From: an uncultured Coriobacteriaceae bacterium
Lineage (GTDB): Bacteria > Actinomycetota > Coriobacteriia > Coriobacteriales > UMGS124
DNA: 36,527 bases
Direction of reading: 5' to 3'
Assembly: GCA_902783515.1 (NCBI GenBank)
Contig: CACZRK010000170.1
Span: 1 to 36,527 of the forward strand
The position numbers and the translations under genes are program-made. Shown piece by piece: positions 26,601 to 34,082 of this stretch (position 1 is the stretch's first letter; every line of letters starts with the position of its first letter). The notes under the pieces are model-generated. The model was not told the DNA's origin. It was given only the letters and a program-made list of their open reading frames with translations, and searched no databases.

Positions 26601-28064
26601 CTACCCCCGCGGGAACCACGCTCGCCGCAGCGCGGCGACGCCGGGCGCGACGTCCTTGACGGCGATCGACGAGAACCCCAGCAGCAGCCTGCCGCGCGGG
26701 GCGGCGCGGGTGAACCAGTACGGTTCGGCGGCGTAGACCCGCGCGCCCTGCGCCAACGCGGACGCCAGCAGCTCTGGGTAGCCCATGCCGTTGCAGACGG
26801 TCGCGAACAGGTGCATCCCCGCATTGGCGCCTCGCAGCTCGAGCTGGGTCCCGTCAAACTCCCGCAGGAGGGCGTCGAGCAGCGCGTCGTGGCCGTGCCG
26901 TAGCCTCGTGCCCAGCCTGCGCACGTGTCGCTCGTACTCGCCGCCGTCTATCAGGCGGGCAAGCAGCTCCTGCTCGATGACCGACACCTCCGTCATGGCC
27001 AGTGAGAACGCGTCATAGTAGCGGCTCATGAGGTCGGGCGGGATCACGAGATAGGCGACGCGCAATGCCGGCGAGAGGGTCTTTGAGAAGTTGCCGAGAT
27101 AGATGACGCGCCGCCCGCCATCAAGCGACTGGAGCGAAGGGACCGGATCGACGTCGTAGCGGTACTCGCTGCACGAGTCATCCTCCAGGACCCACGCGTT
27201 GTCTTCGTGTGCCCATGCGAGCAGCCCCGCACGCACGTCAGCGCGCATCACCTCGCCAGTCGGGAACTGATGCGAGGGCGTGGCGAAGAGCAGACTGGCC
27301 CCCGATGATCGCACGCCGTCAAGGAAGGCTTGGGCGCCCTGGTCGCTGGGGACGCCGACGACGCGGAAGCCCATGCCACGGCTTACGTCAGGGAACACCC
27401 GATAGCCTGGTTCCTCGCCCGCGACGACGCCATCTCTTGGGGCAAAGAGGCGCAACACGCGCGCTATTGCCGCGGCCGTTCCGGGCATGATCACCACCTG
27501 CGTCGGATCGCAGGTGATCCCACGAGCGCGCCTCAGGTAGGCGCACAGGGATCGCTGCAGGTGGCTGGGCCGCGACTCGTCAAGGTAGCGAGCGGCCAGG
27601 CCCGGCTCGTCTCGCATGACGTCCCGCGCGGCTGACAGCCAGACGTCGGAGGGGAACGATCCCTCGGGGAGCTGCGCGAAAGCAAAATCGTACGTGACGC
27701 GAGCGTCGGAGCCGAACTGCGAGAAAAACGCGCCTCGCCCCGCGGGCTCCTTCGGTGGCGCCGTCGGCGCGCTCGTTGCCGTCGTCTGCAGGAACCTTGC
27801 GTCCAGGGGGCGCACGACGAATCCCGATTGCGGCACGTTCTCAACGTAGCCCTCCACCTCAAGCTGCAAGTACGCTCGCTCGACCGTCGGCCGTGAGACG
27901 CCCGCGTCCTGCGCGAGCTGCCGCAGTGAGGGGAGCCTATCTCCGCCGACGAGCGCGCCGGACGAGACGAAAGCGCAGATCTCACGGTATATCTGCTGGT
28001 AGACGGGTACGTCGCTTGCCCTGTCAACGTGTACGTCGAGCCTTCTGCCGCCCACGTTCCTCAT
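26601..28064 (-). CDS. MocR-type regulator (GntR winged HTH fused to a PLP-dependent aminotransferase-like domain)
   Basis: The N-terminus VYQQIYREICAFVSSGALVGGDRLPSLRQLAQDAGVSRPTVERAYLQLEVEGYV is a GntR-type HTH. The ~380-aa C-terminal domain contains YLGNFSKTLSPALRVAYLV, the PLP-lysine context of class-I aminotransferases. Confidence 0.9.
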   Translation of the reverse strand: MRNVGGRRLDVHVDRASDVPVYQQIYREICAFVSSGALVGGDRLPSLRQLAQDAGVSRPTVERAYLQLEVEGYVENVPQSGFVVRPLDARFLQTTATSAPTAPPKEPAGRGAFFSQFGSDARVTYDFAFAQLPEGSFPSDVWLSAARDVMRDEPGLAARYLDESRPSHLQRSLCAYLRRARGITCDPTQVVIMPGTAAAIARVLRLFAPRDGVVAGEEPGYRVFPDVSRGMGFRVVGVPSDQGAQAFLDGVRSSGASLLFATPSHQFPTGEVMRADVRAGLLAWAHEDNAWVLEDDSCSEYRYDVDPVPSLQSLDGGRRVIYLGNFSKTLSPALRVAYLVIPPDLMSRYYDAFSLAMTEVSVIEQELLARLIDGGEYERHVRRLGTRLRHGHDALLDALLREFDGTQLELRGANAGMHLFATVCNGMGYPELLASALAQGARVYAAEPYWFTRAAPRGRLLLGFSSIAVKDVAPGVAALRRAWFPRG

Positions 28065-28076
28065 ACGGGGGACTCC

Positions 28077-28119
28077 ATTCTGGCCAGATTAGAATAAGGA
28101 ATTCTGGCTATCAGAGAAT
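28077..28119. promoter_or_regulatory. Two tandem 19-bp units ATTCTGGC-N6-AGAAT (candidate MocR operator) in the MocR/cytochrome divergent spacer
   Basis: ATTCTGGCCAGATTAGAAT (28077-28095) and ATTCTGGCTATCAGAGAAT (28101-28119), with a 24-bp period. The first unit contains the perfect palindrome TCTGGCCAGA (28079-28088). Confidence 0.5.
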
Positions 28120-28258
28120 GACCATATACCTCATACGATGGACTGGCAACGATCGTCGGCCACATCGGCGCGCAGACGGCGCGCGGAGCGGCGGGCGGTC
28201 GGGATGGAAGGGGGAGATCGTGGGGAAGAGGGGTACGGACGTGGGCTCTCCGGGGCCC

Positions 28259-29722
28259 ATGAGGGCGAGGCGTCTGGCCGTGGCCGCGACGGTGGCGGCC
28301 ATGGTCGCCGTTGTCGCGTGCCTCGGCGCGCCGAGGGGTGCCGCCGTCGCCGATCGCGTGGCGTCCGCAGCTGAGGGAGACGGCGAGACGGCCCACGCGG
28401 TCGCGATGAGCTCCCTGGACGCGGGGGGCTCCTCCGCCGACGTCGACGCCGCGGCCGACGGGCAGGGCACGACCGACGCGGGCGACGACGACCTCGCGGC
28501 GGCCCGCGAGGCGTATGCCAAGGCGACGCCGCAGGCGAGCGGCACGTGCTACGAGTGTCACGCGAACGAGGACCTGCTGCGAGCGTCGCTGTCCGACAAG
28601 GACGATGACGCCTCCAAATACCTTGTCGACGAGAGCTTCGTCACAAGCACGCACGGCATGCTCGGGTGCACGTACTGTCACGGGGGACATTCGGACGAGA
28701 CTGACGCACGGGCGGCGATGGCAGGCATGAATGCGACGCCGACCGCCGACGGCGGCCAGGCGGTGTGCGGTCGGTGCCACCAAGGGGTGGTCGACACCTT
28801 CAAGACGAGCCTGCACTTCAACACGACCGGCATCAAAAACGCCTGGGACGCACGACTGGCGCCCTCAGAAGAGGCGCTGGGCACTGACCTGTCAGCGCAG
28901 TACTACCATCACGACGGGTATGACGGCGCCTGCATCGATTGCCACGCGACATGTGGCGAATGCCACGTGCGCAGCGCCAAGGACGCCATCGACCCCGACG
29001 CCGGGCTCACGAGGGGGCACGACTTCGTCGATCTGACCGACAACGCCGACATCACGTACACGTGTCTCTCATGCCATGCCGGGTCGATCGCGGGCTGCTT
29101 CACCGACTATGACGTGCACGGGCCCTCCGGGGCGAACATGAACTGCATGGACTGCCACAACATAGGGGAGATTCATGGCGACGGCACGAGCTATCAGACG
29201 ATGTCGCATTCCGGGGCCATCACGACCGAATGTACCGACTGCCATGACGCCTCCTCGCTTTCGGGAGAATGGCATTCCGACACGCACCTTGCCAAAAACG
29301 AGTGCTGGGCGTGCCACACGAGCACCTACCGCACATGCACCTCGTGCCATGGATGGGCTGCCGAAACGCGAGGGGACGTGCCGATCGAGATGAGCGAGCA
29401 GTGCTTCCTTGGCTATGACGCGGCTGATGGCAAGATCACGACGCTCGCAAAGGCGCCGGTGGACGAGGGGATGCTTGGCGACGTCTCTGACCTCGCGTTG
29501 GATGACGACCTTCTCAACGCTGGTAGCACCTGGTATCCCGCGTTCACGCACGGTGTGATCGTTCCGCAGCCAGACCAAGACTTTTGCGATCGCTGCCACG
29601 GTGCGGGAACCGCGTTGCTTGACGAGGATGACCTCCAGTATCCGGATTGGGAGAAAGGCCAGGTTGTGGGGAGTCTGCCTGAGGTATGCGCGAGTGACTA
29701 TGGCGGGCAGGCCGCGTCCTGA
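28259..29722 (+). CDS. Undecahaem c-type cytochrome with an N-terminal signal/anchor (lipobox-like VVAC)
   Basis: Track ORF 27755-29722. I moved the start to ATG 28259; an in-frame GTG at 28220 is an alternative. There are eleven CxxCH motifs: CYECH, CTYCH, CGRCH, CIDCH, CGECH, CLSCH, CMDCH, CTDCH, CWACH, CTSCH and CDRCH. The N-terminus reads MRARRLAVAATVAAMVAVVACLGAP. Confidence 0.9.
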   Translation: MRARRLAVAATVAAMVAVVACLGAPRGAAVADRVASAAEGDGETAHAVAMSSLDAGGSSADVDAAADGQGTTDAGDDDLAAAREAYAKATPQASGTCYECHANEDLLRASLSDKDDDASKYLVDESFVTSTHGMLGCTYCHGGHSDETDARAAMAGMNATPTADGGQAVCGRCHQGVVDTFKTSLHFNTTGIKNAWDARLAPSEEALGTDLSAQYYHHDGYDGACIDCHATCGECHVRSAKDAIDPDAGLTRGHDFVDLTDNADITYTCLSCHAGSIAGCFTDYDVHGPSGANMNCMDCHNIGEIHGDGTSYQTMSHSGAITTECTDCHDASSLSGEWHSDTHLAKNECWACHTSTYRTCTSCHGWAAETRGDVPIEMSEQCFLGYDAADGKITTLAKAPVDEGMLGDVSDLALDDDLLNAGSTWYPAFTHGVIVPQPDQDFCDRCHGAGTALLDEDDLQYPDWEKGQVVGSLPEVCASDYGGQAAS

Positions 29723-30028
29723 TTGCATTTGGTTGCGCATGGCAGCAGTTGATAGCAGACCCGATAGCAGCTGACGCGATGGGCGCTTGCGTGCGACGGA
29801 TGACGCGTTGCCCGTCGCAAGGCGCAGATTCTCGAGAAGACATGCATGCCAGGGGGTCCGACGTGGGGTGAGCATACCCACAGTTGGGCCACTGGCATGC
29901 GCGGCGCCCGCTTGTCGCCGTTTGCCGTGTCGGATGCACGTGACGCGTGGCCGTTCCCGCTGACGTTGGCGTGGCCGCTCCACGGTAAGCGGCCGGATTC
30001 CGCCCTTGATAGACCTATGAGAAATAGC

Positions 30029-30047
30029 GATACCATGCTATGGTATC
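30029..30047. promoter_or_regulatory. Palindromic candidate operator of the toxin-antitoxin operon
   Basis: GATACCAT-GCT-ATGGTATC has 8-bp perfect arms. It ends 29 nt upstream of the antitoxin ATG and is followed by TATCAT (30048-30053). Confidence 0.55.
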
Positions 30048-30075
30048 TATCATACAACCGAAAGGAGGGTTGCCC

Positions 30076-30471
30076 ATGCCTGCTGCCTCAATGGCGGGTG
30101 GTGCGCCGAAGAGCGTGCAGATGAACGTCCGGCTTGATCGCGAGGACAAGCGGCGCGGTGACGCGGCGCTTGCGGCCATGGGCTTCACGCCGACCCAGGC
30201 GGTGAAGTCGCTGTGGGCGCTTGCGGCCGGTGACGCGAAGGATCTTGACTTCGTGAGCGAGCTGCTGCGTCGCGGCCGAGACCGGCAGCTCGCGACGGCG
30301 AGCGACGGGACGACGGGCGAGGCCGACGACGTGCTCGCCCGTGGGTGGGCGCTGTACGAGGATGCCTGCAAGGAGGTCGGCGTCAGCGGGGGCGCGGATC
30401 ACGGGCGCGCCGACGACGAGCTTCTCGAGCAGGCGCTGCTCGACAGGTACGGCGAGGGGCGTGCGTCATGA
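30076..30471 (+). CDS. RelB/DinJ-family (ribbon-helix-helix) antitoxin
   Basis: Track ORF 30040-30471. ATG 30076 has AGGAGGG 5 nt upstream. VQMNVRLDREDKRRGDAALAAMGFTPTQAVKSLWALAA fits the DinJ/RelB N-terminal pattern. The stop overlaps the next start (ATGA at 30468-30471). Confidence 0.7.
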   Translation: MPAASMAGGAPKSVQMNVRLDREDKRRGDAALAAMGFTPTQAVKSLWALAAGDAKDLDFVSELLRRGRDRQLATASDGTTGEADDVLARGWALYEDACKEVGVSGGADHGRADDELLEQALLDRYGEGRAS

Positions 30472-30962
30472 GCGGGAATCAGGAGTGCATCGTCATCGAC
30501 ACGAACGTCTGGCTTGACAACTACATCCCGCATCGCGCGGGGCATGCGGACGCGCAGCGGCTTCTCGCGTGCGCGCGTTCCTGCGACGTCCAGCTCCTGT
30601 ACGCCGTGGAGAGCGTCAAGGACGTCTTCTACGTGATCGCCGCCGACTTCAAGGCGACGGTGAGGGCACAGGCCGGTCACGTCGGGGACGCCGAGGAGGC
30701 GGTCGCCCAGCAGCTCGCATGGTCGTGCGTCGAGAACATGCGGACGCTTGCCAACGCGATCGGCGCGGACGAGTCAGACGTCTGGCTTGCCGCGAAGTAC
30801 CGCTCGCTGCACGGCGACCTTGAGGACAACCTGGTGCTTGCGGCGACGAAGCGCGCCGGCGCGGACTACCTCGTCACGGGTGACCGCGCCTTCATCGAGA
30901 AGGCCACCGTGCCCGCGCTGACGCCGCGTGACTGGCTGGTGCTGCACGAGGCCGAGCGCTAG
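30468..30962 (+). CDS. PIN-domain (VapC-like) toxin
   Basis: Track ORF 30345-30962. I moved the start to ATG 30468, which overlaps the antitoxin stop by 4 nt. The sequence has IVIDTNVWLD, YAVESVKDV, LEDNLVLAAT and DYLVTGD, which give the four acidic PIN positions in the expected order. Confidence 0.8.
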   Translation: MSGNQECIVIDTNVWLDNYIPHRAGHADAQRLLACARSCDVQLLYAVESVKDVFYVIAADFKATVRAQAGHVGDAEEAVAQQLAWSCVENMRTLANAIGADESDVWLAAKYRSLHGDLEDNLVLAATKRAGADYLVTGDRAFIEKATVPALTPRDWLVLHEAER

Positions 30963-31260
30963 GCGACGCCCGCGGGTCCGGGGCGAGGCGACGGGCGTCT
31001 GGATTCTCGGGCAGCTCGTCGTCGACTTGCTTGCGCCTGCGCCCGCGCCCCGGCTCACGCGTGCACGTCACGCTCGTGGGGCTTGAGGAGATGTGCGAGT
31101 GGGTGTGCGTCGGGCTCACCGCTATCGTTGTACGGGAGTGTTCGAGCGGGTGCGTGCCGATTTGCCGCCGTTGTTGTGCGCGCGATAGATGGCTGGTGGT
31201 CTGTCGTGCACGAGCGTGAGAAGAACGCGCTTCTTAACGTGTCTTCCAATAGGCGCTCGC

Positions 31261-31329
31261 TCGGAAAATCGCCGACGAATCATTCGGAAAATCGTTGATG
31301 GCCTATTCGGAAAATAATCGATGAGCCAT
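31261..31329 (+). repeat. Three tandem 23-bp direct repeats (iteron-like)
   Basis: TCGGAAAATCGCCGACGAATCAT / TCGGAAAATCGTTGATGGCCTAT / TCGGAAAATAATCGATGAGCCAT. The first 9 nt are identical in all three copies and the period is exactly 23 bp. Confidence 0.7.
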
Positions 31330-31366
31330 TGGGCGATGTGGCGAGTCGGCGTTTACGTGCCCGCCA

Positions 31367-31615
31367 CTATGGCTCGACGCCATGGGCGCCAGAGGTCCCG
31401 GCGCTGTCGTCAGACCTCCCATCACCTTTGGCCAGCGCGGCTTGACTCTCCTGATAGCGCCGGCTGTATAACTTCCACGGGTTAGAGGGGACCGTGATGC
31501 CGCTCGCCGTGAGACATGCGAGCGTTAGGCTGTGCACGCTCGCGGCATAGTTGATGACGTCCGAGTCTACTTGCTCGCTGGTAACGATCGCCAGGTGCGA
31601 CACTTTGAAGGGCAT
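31367..31615 (-). CDS. Hypothetical 82-aa ORF with no recognisable motif
   Basis: Called from the ORF track only. It abuts the junction with the reductase fragment. Its coding status is uncertain. Confidence 0.25.
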   Translation of the reverse strand: MPFKVSHLAIVTSEQVDSDVINYAASVHSLTLACLTASGITVPSNPWKLYSRRYQESQAALAKGDGRSDDSAGTSGAHGVEP

Positions 31616-31623
31616 TCGACTGA

Positions 31624-31977
31624 CACGGGTGGAAACTGTCCGGCCAGCTTGACGCCTACAACGCTGCGTGCGACGCAGGCGAGGATGCGGACTTCGGCAA
31701 GGATGCGAAGTATCTCGTCAAGATGGACAAGGCGCCGTACTACGCCGTGCTCGCATACTCGTTCATCAGCGCGATCTCGGGCGGGATCAAGACGGATGCG
31801 GATTTCGCGGTCACCCGCGCGGATGGCTCGGAGACCCCCGGTCTCTATGCGGTGGGCATTGCGAGCAGCCGCGAGTTCTGGGGGGACTACTATCCCGGCG
31901 CCCTCGCGATCACGCTCTGCACGCACGGTGGGTTCGTTGCCGGGCGGAACGCGGCGGCGTATGCGCTGGGGAAGTAG
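31624..31977 (+). pseudogene. C-terminal ~117-codon remnant of a flavoprotein reductase
   Basis: The frame opens right after TGA (31621-31623) and reads HGWKLSGQLDAYNAACDAGEDADFGKDAKYLVKMDKAPYYAVLAYSFISAISGGIKTDADFAVTRADGSETPGLYAVGIASSREFWGDYYPGALAITLCTHGGFVAGRNAAAYALGK. This matches the C-terminal motifs of the intact paralogs (YNxxCxxGxDxDFGK, PYYA, PGLYA.G). No Tat signal or FAD fold lies upstream. Confidence 0.8.
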
Positions 31978-32115
31978 GCGAGTCTCTGTTTCTGATCCTG
32001 CATGTAGCATACGGTAGCTGATGGTTGCGCGCGGTTGCCCACGACGGGCTGCCGCGCGCAATCGTGTGTGATGTGCGCCGGGTGTGGCTATGCTCCCGCC
32101 GAGCGGAGCGCGGTG

Positions 32116-33705
32116 CTAGCCTTCGTCTCGCCGTTCCCGGTCGATAAGCTCGATGAGCTCCTGCCTGCTGTGCACGCCGAGTTTGACGTAGACGTTCTTG
32201 CAGTGGAACCGCACGGTGTTGGGCGAGACGCCCATGTACTCCGCAGCTGCGGGGATGCTCCGCCCGCTCATGAGCATGCTCACGACCTCGCGCTCACGTT
32301 CCGTAAGACCATGCGCCTGCGCGATTGGTCCAAGGGAGCTCTGTCGGGCCGTGTTGCGCGACTCGGTGTCATCAGGAGACGCCAGCTCGGATTCCCACGA
32401 GTAGACTCGTCTCGTGTCCTGCGCAGTCTGGAAGCGGTCGGAGAACACGTATGCGGCGAACATGACTAGCACGCTCGCGAGTGAGCTTGGGAGCGTGGCG
32501 AAGGCGGTCCCCTCAAGGTCCACGCCGCTGTTGGCCAGCGCATTGAAGGGAATTGCCGGCAGATAGCGCATAGAGTAGATGATCCCGAACGACAGCGCGT
32601 ACATGGCGACGGGCGAGATCAGATAGTGCCGCGAGACTTGGTTACACGCGAGGATCCCCATCATTGACGCGACGGAGAAGATCGTGTAGAGGGCAAACGA
32701 GAGCGCATAGCCATAGCCGACGCCGAGAAAGGGGAGCAGCGCGCAGGCCAGCCCAATGCCGGGTGCGGCGACCCTGTAGAAAATGCCCATGTCCAGGTGG
32801 TAGCGATTGCGCTCGAACAGCGCCCAGGTGATTCCCGAGCTTGCGACCAAGGCAAGGCTGTTGAGGTTGCCGACCAGCTCCTCCGAGGCCGGGGTCGCCA
32901 TCGAGAGGCCGAGCCGCACGATCTGCATCACGAACCCTATTGCCCCGATGGTGAGGCAGGGCGCGAGCAGGGCGAGGATGCCCTTGCGCAGATTCCCTCG
33001 GTGCTCTGGGCTGTCGCTTGGGAAACGGACAGTCCCGCCATAGAACGTGACCACGCGCGTCGTGGAGGGGCTTGACGGCTGCCGGGCGTCGTCGCCGGTT
33101 GCCGCCGGGATGAGACGAAACGCGCAAAGCGCGAGAAGCGCGCTTGTGCCAGGGGCAATGACCAGTGCGGCTATTGTCATCACTACCCAGGATGACAGCC
33201 ATGCGAGGAGGAAGTACAGCGCCCCTCCGACGGCGGTGCCGCCGATAATACAACGAGCGTCCATCGGCGTGTTCTGCGAGCAGAGCACGAAGACCCAGAG
33301 GATGAAATTGCCCGCAATGCCGCCACCAACAAGCGTTCCGCCGATGGTGGTATAGAGAAGGCTCGCCCATGATGGCGCCGCAAAGGCCTTTGGGAGACAA
33401 GTTGCCACCGCAAATCCCACGATGAAGGAAAGTGAGGGCGCCCAGTATATCGGGGGGCGCCGGAGGACGGCGTGCATGCGGGGCGATCCCGTTGACGTGA
33501 GCAGAAATACCAAGAGAAAGCAGAGACAGAAGACGAGGTTCTTCGCGATGGTGAACGGCGCCGCGATTTCGCTCGACACGAATGAGGGAGAGGCGCCAGG
33601 CCAGCCAGCGATGGAGACGAGGGCGATGTCCATCCCATAGCCCGCGATCGCCCACGGCAGAAGACGTGTATTGCCTGCTGCCTGGTCCGTCGTCTCGTGA
33701 GGCAT
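32116..33705 (-). CDS. Polytopic-membrane LuxR-family regulator
   Basis: Track ORF 32116-33789. I prefer ATG at comp. 33703-33705 (AAGGGA 9 nt upstream); ATG 33714 is an alternative. The C-terminus reads LTEREREVVSMLMSGRSIPAAAEYMGVSPNTVRFHCKNVYVKLGVHSRQELI. Confidence 0.85.
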   Translation of the reverse strand: MPHETTDQAAGNTRLLPWAIAGYGMDIALVSIAGWPGASPSFVSSEIAAPFTIAKNLVFCLCFLLVFLLTSTGSPRMHAVLRRPPIYWAPSLSFIVGFAVATCLPKAFAAPSWASLLYTTIGGTLVGGGIAGNFILWVFVLCSQNTPMDARCIIGGTAVGGALYFLLAWLSSWVVMTIAALVIAPGTSALLALCAFRLIPAATGDDARQPSSPSTTRVVTFYGGTVRFPSDSPEHRGNLRKGILALLAPCLTIGAIGFVMQIVRLGLSMATPASEELVGNLNSLALVASSGITWALFERNRYHLDMGIFYRVAAPGIGLACALLPFLGVGYGYALSFALYTIFSVASMMGILACNQVSRHYLISPVAMYALSFGIIYSMRYLPAIPFNALANSGVDLEGTAFATLPSSLASVLVMFAAYVFSDRFQTAQDTRRVYSWESELASPDDTESRNTARQSSLGPIAQAHGLTEREREVVSMLMSGRSIPAAAEYMGVSPNTVRFHCKNVYVKLGVHSRQELIELIDRERRDEG

Positions 33706-34034
33706 TAATGTCATTCCCTTCGCCGTGTGCTCTGAAGAGTGTAGTCGAGCGTATCCACTCATGCATCGTACGCTCGTGGCGAGGAGCAAGTTTTGGTATC
33801 GAAGGACCGACTCGAATCTAGGCGGCAGGGCAACGACAATGGCCAGTGGTGACGTCCAATGCCGCAGCGTGAAGGCGGCCGAAGCCTGGCGGGCGGGGGT
33901 TTATATCTACGCGATGTTCCGGCGGACACGAGCGCGCATAGAGCTCTCGAAAAGGGCGACGCAGAAAGGGGTGTCGGCTCTTCGTCCTTGTCATTGGCGC
34001 CCAAGGGCCGCGCGGAACGTCGTCGCAAACAATC

Positions 34035-34071
34035 ACGGCCCACGGGCGGACTTGGCACACCCGTGGGCCGT
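34035..34071 (-). terminator. Terminator hairpin downstream of the 700-aa reductase gene
   Basis: ACGGCCCACGGG-13 nt-CCCGTGGGCCGT is a 12-bp perfect stem that starts 12 nt after the stop codon. On the minus strand it is followed by GATTGTTTG. Confidence 0.65.
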
Positions 34072-34082
34072 CTTCGTACGGT

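Noticed and set aside
24605-26857. A 750-aa minus-strand ORF. Similar long antisense or alternate-frame ORFs include 357-1418(+), 1862-3226(-), 9604-10737(-), 15794-17173(-), 23594-24469(-), 29069-29983(-) and 34539-35783(+).
   Set aside because: These are shadow ORFs of the GC-rich genes on the opposite strand or in another frame. Their translations are Arg/Ala/Pro/Gly-rich low-complexity strings without motifs, whereas the overlapping frames encode clear Tat/FAD, LuxR or cytochrome signatures.
27755-28258. N-terminal extensions of the longest track ORFs: 27755 for the cytochrome, 1265 for LuxR, 11712 and 24569 for reductases, and 9629, 15282 and 33789 for LuxR genes.
   Set aside because: The extensions are Arg/Pro-rich, overlap divergent promoters or neighbouring genes, and often begin at GTG or TTG. 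Internal ATG or GTG codons with Shine-Dalgarno-like sequences, placed immediately before the signal peptide or first TM segment, are more plausible starts.
28259-28330. The Arg-Arg pair in the cytochrome N-terminus (MRARRLAV), considered as a Tat signal like those of the reductases.
   Set aside because: c-type cytochromes are exported unfolded by Sec, with haem attached outside the cell. The motif lacks the x-F-[LIVM] context shared by the reductases. A Sec or lipoprotein signal (VVAC) fits better.
31055-31298. Small basic ORFs across 30963-31330 on both strands, for example 31083-31298(+), 31055-31249(-) and an unlisted 53-codon minus-strand frame MIRRRFSERAPIGRHVKKRVLL...
   Set aside because: There are no motifs or RBS, the frames overlap, and they are partly generated by the tandem repeats themselves. 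There is not enough evidence to call a gene.
31261-31329. The three 23-bp tandem repeats, considered as a CRISPR array.
   Set aside because: The units are contiguous with no spacers, there are only three copies, only the first 9 nt are conserved, and no cas genes are present.
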